Shown: one piece after another, positions 13,762 to 26,336 of the stretch
How positions within the stretch are numbered: position 1 is the first letter of the stretch
Layout of the letters: each line of letters starts with the position of its first letter
DNA from: Lophium mytilinum
Taxonomy: Eukaryota
NCBI GenBank assembly: GCA_010093605.1
Contig: MU004186.1
Coordinates: 1,716,616 to 1,780,615 of the forward strand
Direction: 5' to 3'
Length of the DNA stretch: 64,000 nucleotides
Notes under the pieces: generated by a model
Seen by the model: the letters and a program-made list of their open reading frames with translations, nothing else
Databases searched by the model: none
Told to the model about the DNA's origin: nothing
Program-made: the position numbers and the translations under genes

Positions 13762-14229
13762 TCAAGTGGACTCGTCGAGATGGCCTCCACGGTCCCATAT
13801 GCAGTATGGTGACGGCGTGTTGGCTGCCGGCTTGTCCGAAGCATCAACGTCCCTCCATCCTCTGGAACTCCACTGTTCGATATATTGGCTTCTTGACCAC
13901 TCCTCATTGGTCTCGTCAAGATCCGAGTGCATGAGCTCGCAGCGCCTGACGACGTCGCTAGGAGCGGGGAGAACTATTGGCGCGAGCGCTACACAACCCC
14001 AGGAAGCGGGTGCTGCCCGCCAGACAGTCACGACCCACACTCCGGGGTTGCCGACCGCTATTATATGCGGGCTTGGGGGCTGTTTGTATGGGAGTCTGTC
14101 GGTGTGGGCATCCATGTCTCCGGGATACCACGGCCGGAAAGCCCCCCTTTGCTTTTGCCTGTGGACACTTTCTGCCGCCAACCGAGTCCCTGACAGTGTG
14201 TTCATTGAAACAGGATTATCTCCTCGCAT
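13762..14229 (-). CDS. ORF of 117-155 aa directly upstream of the zinc-finger gene (large uORF, separate small gene or readthrough exon)
   Basis: Protein-like sequence (MDAHTDRLPYKQPPSPHIIAVGNPGVWVVTVW...RRCELMHSDLDET...W...QYIEQW); stop lies about 40 nt before the next ATG. Confidence 0.45.
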   Translation of the reverse strand: MRGDNPVSMNTLSGTRLAAESVHRQKQRGAFRPWYPGDMDAHTDRLPYKQPPSPHIIAVGNPGVWVVTVWRAAPASWGCVALAPIVLPAPSDVVRRCELMHSDLDETNEEWSRSQYIEQWSSRGWRDVDASDKPAANTPSPYCIWDRGGHLDEST

Positions 14230-15177
14230 AGCGGCGGCATTGACGTGGGAAGTGACACGACGTGCGTTGGTCTAGCTGCGATTTGGGATACCTTCTCCTG
14301 TAACTTCGATTGGAATGGCATTGACGATGAGGCATAATTACCCCATGATCTCTGTGTGAGGGGAGTCCTCCATTGGAGCATAATTCTTTCACATACTCAG
14401 GCTACTTTACCTGTATGCCGCGCAGATTATGGAGAAGGCTGTCCAGCCTTGCCGGTCAACGTGCCGCGAAGCGCTAAAAGCAGGGGACAAGAGACGATCA
14501 GTCTCAGTCAGCCGACGGAGTGTCCTCGAGCCAATGCTAATGTTCTAGATAATATCAGCCTGGAGCAACGTTGCGTCAATTCGGCCAAGAATGTCACTCC
14601 TCCCGATTTCCTCCAATTCAACTCCAACCAATAACAACACCGGACTCAATCAAAGGCGTAGGTAGTGACACTGTCTGAAATATTGATAAAGAACGTTGCG
14701 ATCGATAGTCGTAAGTGGTGAGTAGTGGCAGCCGAAGTGGAAATGGCGACGTTTGATCGTACTCGTTGTGTCCTGTATTTCACATCAGGGGTATGAAATT
14801 ATGGTAAGCTGGATATCTGTTTGCGGTAAACACGCTTAGGTGCCGCATTAATAGCTAAGACTGAAGAATTATGTATGGGCGTTAAAGAGATAGTTGTCTG
14901 TAGTCCGTAAAATGAGACACAAAGATAAAACAATGATGTAGATTCCCACGTTTCGCACTTCTCCGCCAAAGTAACAATCAGCTCCGCGTTCGTTAATACC
15001 TTTGTAACAAAAGTGCATCCCAATTACCTTTGTAGCCTACTAGCCCCTAGTAAAAACAAAAGGCGATCGAGCGCAGCGCCCTGTGCAATAGCGAAGTGAG
15101 CTTCTGTTAAGTATCTTACAATATTCCACGAAAAAATCAAAAAAGAAGGTTAGATGAAATGATTTCACCGGGAATTG

Positions 15178-15277
15178 AGCCCGATGCGGGGGTCGAACCC
15201 GCAACCTTGAGATTGCAATCGCTGCTAACAGAGCTGTGAATAAGAGTCTCACGCTCTACCGATTGAGCTAACCGGGC
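15178..15277 (-). tRNA. tRNA-Lys(CTT) with 27-nt intron (15214-15240)
   Basis: GCCCGGTTAGCTCAATCGGTAGAGCG, anticodon arm TGAGA-CT-CTT-A[intron]A-TCTCA, T-arm GCGGGTTCGACCCCCGC, acceptor stem pairs; T-runs downstream fit a Pol III terminator. Confidence 0.97.
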
Positions 15278-16544
15278 GAATTTGTTTATTATAAGATTTA
15301 CAATACCTATATCGTATAGGCAATTGGGAAGTCATTGAGCTTTTCTCAAGCCCCACCGTCGGCAAAGCTGATTTGCTAATTCGAGGGCCTCGTCCTTCAG
15401 GTGAATATGATTGGTGCGAACACGAAGGAGCGGGGAGACGTCACCCTTCCAAGGCTGACAGTTCCCGAGAACCCCTGTTTCAACAACCAAAGACAATACA
15501 GCTGTCAGAGAGTGTCTCCTTCATGGCACTTTGACGCTTTCTGACTGTGATTGAATGATCGTCATACGGCTGCATGAGAATTAGGAGAAGTGTTGTAACT
15601 TGCAAGCTCCTAAAGTATTTGCTTGCATTCTATGTAGGCTGGAGCCAGCAATCATTCGTTGAAATGGTCATGGTTATAAAGAAAGATAATGCTCGGTACA
15701 AATGATTAGCCACCTTCTCTTACGCTAAGACTGGAAACGGAAAAAGCCCAGGTATTCCCTCTACGATAAAGAAAAGATGAACTATAAACTCTCGCGAAGT
15801 CAACTATGAAGTTTTGCATCCTCACCCTCTCTGCAATAATGATAAGGCAGAAACAGGACTGCGGGAGAATTGAATTGACAAGGAAGAGCGTCCTCCTGTT
15901 GTGCTGCGGTTGTGCTTCAGGAGTTAGGGATATTCGTATTGCGTTGCTAGCTAGGCGGTGCTGTGAAGCGTGCAGCGTGGCTATTCTTAGACATTATCTT
16001 CCTGTACATTTGTATCGTAAGAGAGAACGGCGGGCCCAGTACCGAAGGCAGTGAGAGATATGTCTATCTCTAGGCTAGGATAACTATAGAATAACTCAGA
16101 GTTCGTAATGTTGTTGTTGGAAGTAAGACCACCTGACACTTGAGCATCGTCGGGATGGATCGCAGCTGGCGCCGCTCAGCCACTTTGTCCCCAACCTCAC
16201 CTCTTAAGTCAGCTTCTATTCCACCCTCCGCATAGCACCCCCCTCCCACCGTATTCCCCGACCTCACGATCCTTTGGAAGGCGCCGAATCCCCCGTGTCT
16301 TTGCGCTTTGAGCTCCCCGCCACGATCCAACAGCTTGCGTCTCGAAACGGCGGCCAAGCTCCGGCCGGGGCTGTGCTGAGGAAACGCTCACGAATTCCTT
16401 CACCACGACGACATCCACCACGCGGCGCATACATACACTCACCGAGACGACTACTATTATCAGGAAGATAATCTACCTGGATGATTCTGCGGTCTAGGAC
16501 AGCATTGCACACGGACAAGCTCCCGGTCAAGGTACCTGGCCGCA

Positions 16545-19500
16545 ATGGCCGGTAGGCCTCCTGGTCAACACGCCTCGGGCAATAATGACGACCTCCTACT
16601 CGATTTTGGCGACCCGCAACCTACATACTACTCGGGCCAGCGGGCTCCAGCGAATGATGAAGACCTTCTACGAAACTACGACATAAACGACTCCGACACG
16701 CACCAGCCCGCTCCTCAACACCGCCCCTCAGAATCTTACGATGACTTTGTTGGAGGCAGACCAGCCGCGGGTCTACCAGGAGGGCCAGGCACCCTGCCTG
16801 TTGGGTCGACCCCGTACGCTGCGGGAGGAAACAGGCTGTATTCACAGACCTCAGATCTCCACAATTATCAACGGTACTCAGACGTCGACGACGTTGATCA
16901 CGATGATCACTCAGTCTCCGGCTACTACGCCTCTGGAGGTGCCACCGACGAACCCACGCCGGGCCTTGCGCGACATGCTTCGGCGCCGAAAAATAGGAAT
17001 AGCATAATGAGTCTGGGAGGAGGCCTCATGGGTCGGGCCAAACACATGCTTGGACGGGGTCCAGAGTACTCAGAGATGGATCTACCTTTGACGGAAGCTG
17101 GCGCTCGGGAGTCACGAATAGACAGTGGAGGGCTTGATGGTGCAAAGTACCCTCCACCTAAGAGGCGCAGCTCTGGAAAGTTCAAGTTTGGTTTTGGACG
17201 TGGAAAGCCAGACCCTTCGACGTTGGGACCACGCTTGATACATCTGAACAATCCACCAGCAAATGCGACTAACAAGTACGTCGATAATCACATATCGACC
17301 ACCAAGTACAACATCGCTACCTTCCTACCGAAATTCCTATACGAGCAGTTCTCAAAATACGCCAACCTTTTCTTCTTATTTACCGCTATTTTGCAGCAAA
17401 TTCCTGGTATCTCGCCTACCAAAAGATACACCACCATTGTTCCCCTCGGAATTGTGCTTCTAGTATCCGCAGTCAAGGAATACATAGAGGATTTTCGCCG
17501 CAAGACATCGGACAAATCTTTGAACAATGCCAAGGCGCGGGTATTGAAAGGATCAAGCTTTGAGGACACCCGATGGATCAATGTTGCAGTTGGAGATATC
17601 GTGCGTGTAGAGTCCGAGGAGCCGTTCCCTGCCGATTTGGTGCTTTTAGCCTCATCAGAGCCCGAGGGACTCTGCTACATTGAGACTGCCAACCTGGACG
17701 GAGAGACCAATCTTAAGATCAAGCAAGCTATTCCTGAGACGGCCGATTTGGTGAGCCCTGCGGAGCTCAGCAGGTTGGGCGGGAAAATCCGATCGGAGCA
17801 GCCCAACAGCAGTCTCTACACCTACGAGGCGACACTGACGATTCAAGCTGGTGGAGGAGAAAAAGAATTGCCCTTGGCACCAGATCAGCTCCTGTTACGA
17901 GGTGCTACTCTCCGGAACACGCCTTGGATCCACGGAGCTGTTGTTTTTACCGGCCACGAGACAAAGCTGATGAGGAACGCCACGGCTACACCGATTAAGA
18001 AGACAAACGTGGAACATACAGTCAATTACCAGATTCTCATGCTTGGAGGTATTTTGATCACCCTCAGTCTGATTAGTTCCTTCGGCGATTTGGCGATACG
18101 ACTGAAGGAAAGCGGCCAGCTAGGATACCTCGAGTACGACGGTTTCAACGCTGCGAAGCAGTTCTTCTCTGACATCTTCACATACTGGGTGCTCTACTCC
18201 AATCTGGTTCCAATTTCGCTTTTCGTCACCATTGAAATTGTCAAATATTACCAGGCTTCCCTCATCGATTCCGATCTCGACATCTATTACGACAAAACTG
18301 ACACTCCAGCCAATTGTCGGACGTCGTCGTTAGTTGAAGAGCTAGGGCAGATTGAATACATTTTCTCCGATAAGACAGGCACTCTGACATGCAACATGAT
18401 GGAGTTCAAACAGTCCTCTATAGCTGGGATCCAGTACGCTGACGAAATCCCCGAAGACCGGAGAGCTACCATCGAGGATGGCGTAGAAGTTGGCATCCAT
18501 GACTTCAAGAGATTGGCAGAAAATCTCAAGAACCACTCTTCGGGCGACATCATTGACCATTTCCTGACTCTGCTAGCAACCTGTCATACCGTTATTCCCG
18601 AAAGAGGTGATGAGAAGTCGGGCGCCATAAAATATCAGTCAGCGTCTCCTGACGAAGGTGCCCTAGTTGAGGGTGCTGTTCTCCTAGGGTACAAGTTCAT
18701 TGCCCGCAAGCCTCGTGCAGTCACTATCCTCGTGGATGGTCGCGAGCTCGAGTATGAGCTTTTGGCAGTCTGCGAATTTAACTCAACTAGGAAGCGGATG
18801 TCAACTATCTTCCGTTGCCCAGATGGCAAGATCAGATGCTACTGCAAAGGCGCCGATACTGTTATCTTAGAGCGTTTAGCTGCAGACAACAATCCGTACG
18901 TGGAGACGACTCTCCAACATCTCGAAGAATACGCCTCTGAAGGTCTCCGAACACTCTGTTTATCAATGCGCGAAATTCCCGAGCACGAATACCAAGAGTG
19001 GCGGCGCGTTTACGATACCGCTCAAACGACTGTCAGCGGAAATCGAGCTGAGGAAGTCGATAAGGCTGCCGAGCTCATCGAGCATGACCTTACTCTCCTC
19101 GGGGCAACTGCTATCGAAGACAAGTTGCAAGACGGTGTTCCCGACACTATTCACACTCTTCAAGAGGCCGGTATCAAAGTTTGGGTTTTGACCGGCGATC
19201 GCCAAGAAACCGCGATCAACATTGGCATGAGTTGCAAGCTGATCAGTGAAGACATGACTCTCTTGATCGTCAATGAAGATAACGCGGAAGCCACCAGAGA
19301 CAACCTCTCAAAGAAACTCAATGCCATCAGAAGTCAACAATCAGGGGCCATGGAAAAGGATGTGCTTGCGCTAATCATTGATGGCAAGTCACTTACTTTT
19401 GCCCTAGAGAGAGACATGGAAAAGATGTTCTTGGATCTTGCCGTAATGTGTAAGGCCGTGATTTGCTGGTAAGTGATGCGATAGTAATTTGAATCTACCT

Positions 19501-20842
19501 TCGCTAATACAACTTTAGCCGTGTCTCACCTCTTCAAAAGGCTTTGGTTGTGAAGCTTGTCAAGCGACACTTGAAAGCTATCTTGCTCGCCATCGGAGAC
19601 GGCGCTAACGACGTCTCTATGATTCAAGCAGCCCATGTCGGAGTGGGTATCAGTGGAGTGGAAGGGTTGCAAGCCGCTCGAAGCGCAGATATCGCTATCG
19701 GCCAGTTTCGCTATCTGCGCAAACTTCTTCTTGTCCATGGCGCTTGGAGCTACCATCGAGTTAGCAAGGTCATTCTGTATTCTTTCTATAAGAATATCGC
19801 CCTGTTCATGACTCAGTTCTGGGTATGTATTGCACTTGTTGCTCAATCTCACATCTCTAATCAGGAACTAGTATTCCTTCCAAAACGCCTTCTCTGGTCA
19901 GATTATCTTCGAATCATGGACACTCACCTTCTACAACGTCCTTTTCACCGTCATGCCTCCATTCGTTCTCGGAATATTCGATCAGTTTGTTAGTGCCCGG
20001 CTTCTGGATCGCTATCCCCAGCTTTACCAACTCAGCCAAAAAGGTGTATTCTTCAAGATGCATTCCTTCTGGTCGTGGATTGGCAACGGTTTTTATCATT
20101 CCCTAGTTCTCTACTTTGTGTCACAAGCTATATTTCTTTGGGACGGGCCGCAAAGTGACGGCAAGAACGCTGGTCATTGGGTTTGGGGAGCAGCACTTTA
20201 CACCGCCGCCCTAGGAACTGTACTAGGTAAAGCCGCCTTGATTACCAACATCTGGACAAAGTATACCTTCCTTGCCATTCCAGGGAGTATGGTTGTTTGG
20301 ATGATCTTCCTTCCGGTTTACGCCACTGTCGCCCCGAAACTCAATATATCACTGGAGTACCAAGGAGTAATTGCTCGGCTGTTCCCCAGCCCGGTTTTCT
20401 GGGCCATGATTGTAGTTCTGCCGGTTCTGTGTCTTCTCCGAGATTTCGCATGGAAGTAGTAAGTGGTTTCACCTCACGGAGGCTGCCTGCCAGGTTCAAT
20501 ATCGGCGCATGCTAATCTTCGTTGTAGTGCCAAGCGAATGTATTATCCGCAAGCATACCATCATATCCAAGAGATTCAGAAATTCAACATCCAGGATTAT
20601 CGACCAAGGTCAGTCCCACCGCCTAAGACCTCATTAATTATATCACCTCTTTACTAACGTATCGTCGCAGAATGGAACAATTCCAAAAAGCGATTCGCAA
20701 AGTCCGCCAAGTCCAGCGCATGCGCAAGCAGCGTGGCTACGCTTTCTCACAGACGGACGAGTCGCAGGCGAGAGTGCTACAGGCGTACGACACAACGCGG
20801 GAACGTGGGCGGTACGGCGAAATGGCCAGCTCAAGAAAATGA
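16545..20842 (+). CDS. DRS2: P4-type ATPase aminophospholipid flippase (Drs2/DnfB); spliced
   Basis: DGET, PISL, DKTGTLT, KGAD, TGDRQET and GDGAND motifs; QQ motif in TM1-2; C-terminal [12 protein letters not shown] regulatory tail typical of Drs2. Confidence 0.96.
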
Positions 20843-21524
20843 TCTGGGTTTTGACGGTTTTTATATGGGAGACAGGGCGTTCTGAGGCGCTGTAGGGACT
20901 CGCAACGAGGTGTATTGTATAACTCCCCTTCAGCGGTTCTGCAGAATATTACGAGAAAGCGTGTAGTTATGGGTAGCGTGCACGTACGACGTTGAAATGG
21001 ATCAGTTCTACCAACGTCTCTAAGAATCGGTCCGGTTCTCAATGCTGTCTGGTGACACGCTCAATTAGTGCTTTACAGCTACCCATTTCTCCACTCGAAC
21101 TCTAGGCTTCGGGGATCGGAGATCGGGACTCAAAACGGGTCGCGCCCTAGAACTAGCTTCTTCTCCGCCACTTATACCATTCTCCTCGCGAATTGCTACT
21201 AACAAAATGGCCTCAAGCTCTCCGTTTAGCGAAAGAGGCTAGACAGTATTCACAGGTTTATGTTCATCAACGCCTTCTAACTAAACACATCTAGAAGCGA
21301 GGGATTCTGCCAAGTCTCGACCAAAAAGTACGATATCTCGCTCGTCCCTAAACTCCGATAGAATCTTGATATGAGCACATATACACGAGGGATTCACATG
21401 AAACTTTCCACAATGGTACTAATCTGCTGACTGCAAGTCTAAAAGTGGTCCCGCTTTATCCACTCAACGTACCTAGGCAGCCAAGCCGCGTCAGAAACCG
21501 GGATCCCGCGCGAGGCTTCTGGGC

Positions 21525-21547
21525 TATATATATATATATATATATAT
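21525..21547. repeat. (TA)11 microsatellite, probably overlapping the TATA region of the downstream gene
   Basis: Perfect TA run about 200 nt upstream of ATG 21742. Confidence 0.9.
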
Positions 21548-21741
21548 GGTCAAGTAGTCTTGCTCCTGAACGTATACACATTCGTAGCTTGCCTGGCGAT
21601 TACCCTGCAGAGGGTCTCATTTGATTTCGTCTCAATCTTCACTTGCATCCCACCGTCCCAAGTCTTACTTACGCCCACTACCACCATCAAGCACCCTAAT
21701 CAACACTTTCAACCTCAACCACTCCCCACGCTCCGCAAACA

Positions 21742-22416
21742 ATGACCATCACCGAACTGGCCCTCCTCCGCCTCCTCCCCCCAACCACCTCCACCACCCC
21801 CTCCCTCCTCTCCGCCCTCGCCAACGCTAAAACAGTCATGGAATCCTACACCCACCACCGCTTCCACATCCTCCAGCAAGTTGAGGACCCCACACTTCTC
21901 TACATCCTTGGCGAGTGGGACAGTCTCACTCAGCACATGGAGGGCTTCATCCCCAGCGCCACGAACCAGGCCCTCCTGACTTCCCTCCATGGCATCGTCG
22001 AGGTCGTTTCGCTGACACATTATGACGTCCCGCTGACCCAGCTGCCCGTTCCCGACGCTGTAGAGAAAAAAGGGAGGCGGGGAAACGGAAACGGAAAGGG
22101 GGTGGTTAGTATCGCGCGGCATTTCGTCAAGGCTGGACAGAAGGGGAAATTTGAGGAGGCGTTTGAGGCGAATAAGGGGGAGTTGCAGGAGTATGTAGCG
22201 CCGGGGGTTTGTGGGTGGGGGTGGCGGGTTGATCGGGAGAAAGAAGAAGAAGGGCAGGGGGAGCGGGAGGAGTTTGTGCTGTTTTCGCCGTGGGAGAGCG
22301 TGGATGCGCATGTAGGGTTCGGGAAGACGGAGGCGTTTGAAAGGTATGCGGGGTTTAGGGAGTGGATTGATGGGGCGGATGTGAAGCATGCAAGGGTGTT
22401 GGAGTTGGGGGTTTGA
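21742..22416 (+). CDS. dimeric alpha-beta barrel (antibiotic biosynthesis monooxygenase-like) protein, two repeats
   Basis: Single exon of 224 aa with the duplicated W-[DE]-S-x-x-x-H motif (EWDSLTQH, PWESVDAH). Confidence 0.8.
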   Translation: MTITELALLRLLPPTTSTTPSLLSALANAKTVMESYTHHRFHILQQVEDPTLLYILGEWDSLTQHMEGFIPSATNQALLTSLHGIVEVVSLTHYDVPLTQLPVPDAVEKKGRRGNGNGKGVVSIARHFVKAGQKGKFEEAFEANKGELQEYVAPGVCGWGWRVDREKEEEGQGEREEFVLFSPWESVDAHVGFGKTEAFERYAGFREWIDGADVKHARVLELGV

Positions 22417-22638
22417 GGAGGACGATGGGGGTGGTGAAGGTACTGGGGAGACAGTTTGAAACAGTGCGGAAGCGCTTTGGGCGGCCTTCAACGATGTGGG
22501 GCAACGTGAATTGAGAATCGAAGTTGCTTATACTTGATTAATATTATTCATACGTGATAAGTAGTATTTACATGAGATTAGTTTCCACATCATAGCCATT
22601 CGACAGATTTTGACTGATTGCACCATATCTTGCTGGAA

Positions 22639-24575
22639 CTAGGTAGAGGCACAAGGTCCAGCTCCACCAGCTAGATAGCTGGGTCCACCGGTCCCAAGCT
22701 CGTAGGTCCCGAGGCCATTGGGGCACGTAGTAGAGTCCGGGGCCGTGTTCGGCGGTGCGCCAAATGCGGCAAAGCAGTAGTTGGCTCCGAGGAACGCCCA
22801 TCCATTGCACCCAGGGGTGTTATAGCAATAAGAGCAGCATGCTGGTGCGTCTTGTGCGCTACCGCCTGAGCGGAGCTGGCCAGGGGGTGAGACTGCAATT
22901 CCGGAGATGCCATACGTAGCGGAAGGGCACACGGACACGGTCTTGGTGGACGTAGTTGTCGTCGTCTCAGTGGCTTGGATGGTCAAGGTCTCCGTAAGAA
23001 CTGGAGTCGTAGTGGCAAACGAGGTGCTGGTCTCCGTGTGGAGATAGACTGATGTGGAGGTAATGTATGCGGTAGCTGTCAAAGTAGCACTAGTGAAAGT
23101 CAGCATTTGTTCATAGAGTCTGCGGCCTAGAGGTTCCATCAAAAAGTAGCTTGTATAGAGCTTAGGTAAGTTGAATATGCTTACGTCTCCGTGATTGTTA
23201 AGAGATCTGGAAAAGGTCAGTATTCGGCCTTCGAACATGAAACCTGCCAACTCTCCGAAGAGCCGATAGGCGTAGATTTACTTACCAGTCTGTGCTGTCG
23301 TTAGAGTCGCGGCTGGAGGCGTGCTTGTGACGAGATGAGTGACAATTGCAGGGACGCTTGTGAAAGTCCGAACGTGCGTAGAAGAAATAGTCTTGGTATG
23401 CGTCACAGTTATGGTCTTTGGCGGCGGCTTGTTGAGGACCTTGCACGCGGCTTCAATCTGGTTTGCTCTATAGCCGCGGAGGTAGGGAGGGTATTTGACG
23501 TCCCTCTCGGCGAGCGTCGCAGTTGCACTGGGACCGAAGTTTAGGGTCGATGTGGTTGTTGCCGTATCAGTTTCGGTAACGTAGCTCGTCTCAGTGGTGT
23601 ATTCAGTGGCTGTTGAGCTATCAAGACTTAGATTATGCGATTGAAGATAGAAGCGAGGGAAACTCACGGATCTGCAGTGATAGTGGCGTCCTGCTCTTCA
23701 GTAATAGTGGAATCGGCGGACGCAGCAACGGTCACGCTCTCCACGGCCGTCAAGGTAGTCAATTCCGTCGAGATTACTACAGAAAGTTACGGTTTAGCAT
23801 GGTGTTGCTAAAAAGGCCGATACGGTAACAGGCCATAAGTCTGTGCACACTGGTTCGTCACTGCTTGGGGTACTCTCATAGACTTTCGAAGATCCTAGGC
23901 CGATGTTGACTTTCAAGCATTGCAAATTAGACTGCCTCTTGACTAAACGACTGCTCAGCAGCCAAGCTACCTCTTTGGCAAGCAGTGATAAGTCCGTGTG
24001 CCCAGACTCATGGTCTAGTACTATACTGTGGATTGGGGGCAATTCTTACCTGTCGTCGTTGTTGTAACAATTGAGGGTGCGAGGGAGGCGCCCTTTACAG
24101 TTCGCACTGTTGTCTTGGGCACACACTTGTTCAAGCAGCTTGTAGTGGACTTGGACACCGCGACAGTCTTGGTGGCGCTCTTCGTCTTGGTGACTGTTGA
24201 TGGCTTCTCACCAGTGCAATATGCCTTGCAGAAGCCATAAGCGTTGTTACGGCGGAGGAGCGCGACGAGCGGGTCCTCATAGTAGCTTTCTGTCTACCCG
24301 TCAACTGTGTGTTCTGAACAAATTCATCGTTTGGGCATTGTGGTCCCAACCTCTATGAATGAAGGGAATTGCTTACGTCCGCGCTTGGAGACGTTTGGGA
24401 TGCTATCTTCCACAAGCTTATGAGTATCAGGATTGATGTATACGACACTGTAGTCGCCCGTGGGAGGTAGTGTTCCTAAATTGGGGAAGATCTCCGAGAT
24501 ATCGGACGAATTAGAAGCATTGGAGCCAAGACTCAATAGCGACAGGGTCAACGAAAGGATAGTGGTGGTTCGCAT
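22639..24575 (-). CDS. secreted Ser/Thr-rich cell-wall-type protein with a Cys-rich (PAN/apple-like) C-terminal domain; six exons
   Basis: Signal peptide MRTTTILSLTLSLLSLGS; exons splice in frame when the 22-nt exon 23185-23206 is included; Thr-rich stalk; CCSYCYNTPGCNGW...C domain. Confidence 0.75.
23821..24025 (-). mobile_element. MITE copy (Tc1/mariner type, TA-flanked) inside an intron
   Basis: TA-CGGTAACAGGCCATAAGTCTGTGCACAC...GTGTGCCCAGACTCATGGTCTAGTACTA-TA; the body is the reverse complement of the 29901-30117 element. Confidence 0.8.
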
Positions 24576-25714
24576 GATGAATACTCAAACACAAGTAAAC
24601 GAGTGAGATGTGAATTGAGCTGCAAGGAGATGGACAGCAACGTGAGCGAGTGATGGAGCTGTGAAGACGAAGATTTGAAAATTCAACAGGGGAATCGGAA
24701 CATTTGTATTCTTCTCAACGCCTCCATCCGTGGTGCGCGCGTAGGAGTTCCGATGTGCCGTGTCCCTTTCTACTAAAGCAAGCCATTTGCCTGGACCTGA
24801 CCTATTTCACTCAGAAGCGACTCAATGGGGAGATGCTAGTCATTTTGACGGTATGGAGCGGCCCGCTAGGCTGTTCACGGAGCAGCCCCGAGGCCAATTG
24901 CACGTGAAAATCAGTCGAGACCGTTTGCTGTAACGAAGAGGCTAGAAATGCTAACGTGCACTGCACTAAAGTTTTGGCTTCCGTCTGGTTGGAGGTACCT
25001 GCTTGATGCCTCATTTTCTAGCTAAGGGGTTCTTTGAAGGCATGCTGCGTAGCGACTCCTCGAACCATCCGGGACGATGCTTGATTGTTGGAGACTTAGC
25101 GGGCGCGTGCAAAACACCAAACCTAAGCAATGCCAGTATTAATTCAGGGGTAACAGGACAGGGTTTGACGAAAAAGTCGGGTAGTATTGTAAACTAGCTT
25201 TTATCTGACAGGCCCTGGGCCCGAAAAGGTTGGCCCCGTAAGCTGATTTAACCGACTCCACTCTTTAAGCTACAAACCAGTCGACAGAGACCTCACCTCG
25301 GCGATGCCCGAACACCTGGCAGGGCTCGTTGAACAAAAAGTGGCAGTGTGTCTTGACTCTGTGAGGTGGTCTGGACAGCGATCAAGCCCATGCCTAGAGC
25401 TCCTCAATGGCAGGGCGTCTTCAGCCTAGAAGTCGTCTTAATCTGTTGGACTATGAAGCTCAGGATCTACGGAGTGGCATTTATTTTACGTTACGCTGCA
25501 GAGTGCTCAATCATTATGCACCCTTTCGGGCATTAGATGATGCCGGCGTGAATCAAATGCGGCCACTTCAGACTCTATTCGCATGAGTAATTTTTTTCTT
25601 GGAATGATTTATTTTAGAATGCCCTCTAATGAAACTTGCGAAATGACCGATTTTTGTAATGCTCAACATGCAACCGTCCGGTTGTTCCTCAATTCACCTA
25701 CACCTCCATAAGCA

Positions 25715-26336
25715 CTAGTAATGGATGACCTTCGTCTGTTGTTCGGGTATAGTGTCGTTACCAGCCAACAGAACCGTGATTGAAGAAGTAGCATAGTACG
25801 ACTGAATACCATCCGGGGAAATGCCTATGATATTGACGGGATATGCTGACGCCTTCGGAGCTAGAGAAGATAGATTGAAGGCGAACTCGTTGCTCATGGA
25901 GTTGACTGCGACATCTGACCAAGCCACCAGCGTCATGCTGTCCAAGGTATTGGTGATTTGGATTTTCATAGTTGTGAAGGGCACGGAATCGATGCGGCCG
26001 GGGGTGAAAGTTTTGTTGGTAAATGGACTTCCTCGATGTTCGTAGTTGACCGAAGTATCCACGATGAATGAGGCCGTTGTTTCGTTTTGATAGTAGAACT
26101 CGTTTCGTGGGCGGAGCTCGAGATTTAGATATGCCTCTTTTGATGTTGCGATCAAGGATCTATAAAACAGTATCAGTGGACCTCGAATTCGCTGTAACTT
26201 GAGAGAGAAGGGAGACTCACAAACGGCGAGAAGGCTGGATGTAGCTCTTCTCTACACTTGAAGGGATATTTAATGCTACTGCGATCTGGAGAGCGGCCAG
26301 CGCAGTAAGAATGCGGCATAAGATACTAACCGCCAT
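25715..26336 (-). pseudogene. 5' fragment of a secreted protein gene, frameshifted and truncated
   Basis: Signal-peptide exon (MAVSILCRILTALAALQIAVA) and a canonical intron. The protein-like frame (YLNLELRPR...ASFIVDTSV) is reached only via a 1-nt shift, and it ends early. Confidence 0.45.

Noticed and set aside
14785..15050. Possible hAT-like MITE next to the tRNA (CAGGGG...CCCCTAG)
   Set aside because: The inverted match is too short, with no TSD and no second copy in the window.
21715..22491. 258-aa ORF on the - strand
   Set aside because: Antisense to the ABM gene; explained by the skewed, stop-poor composition.
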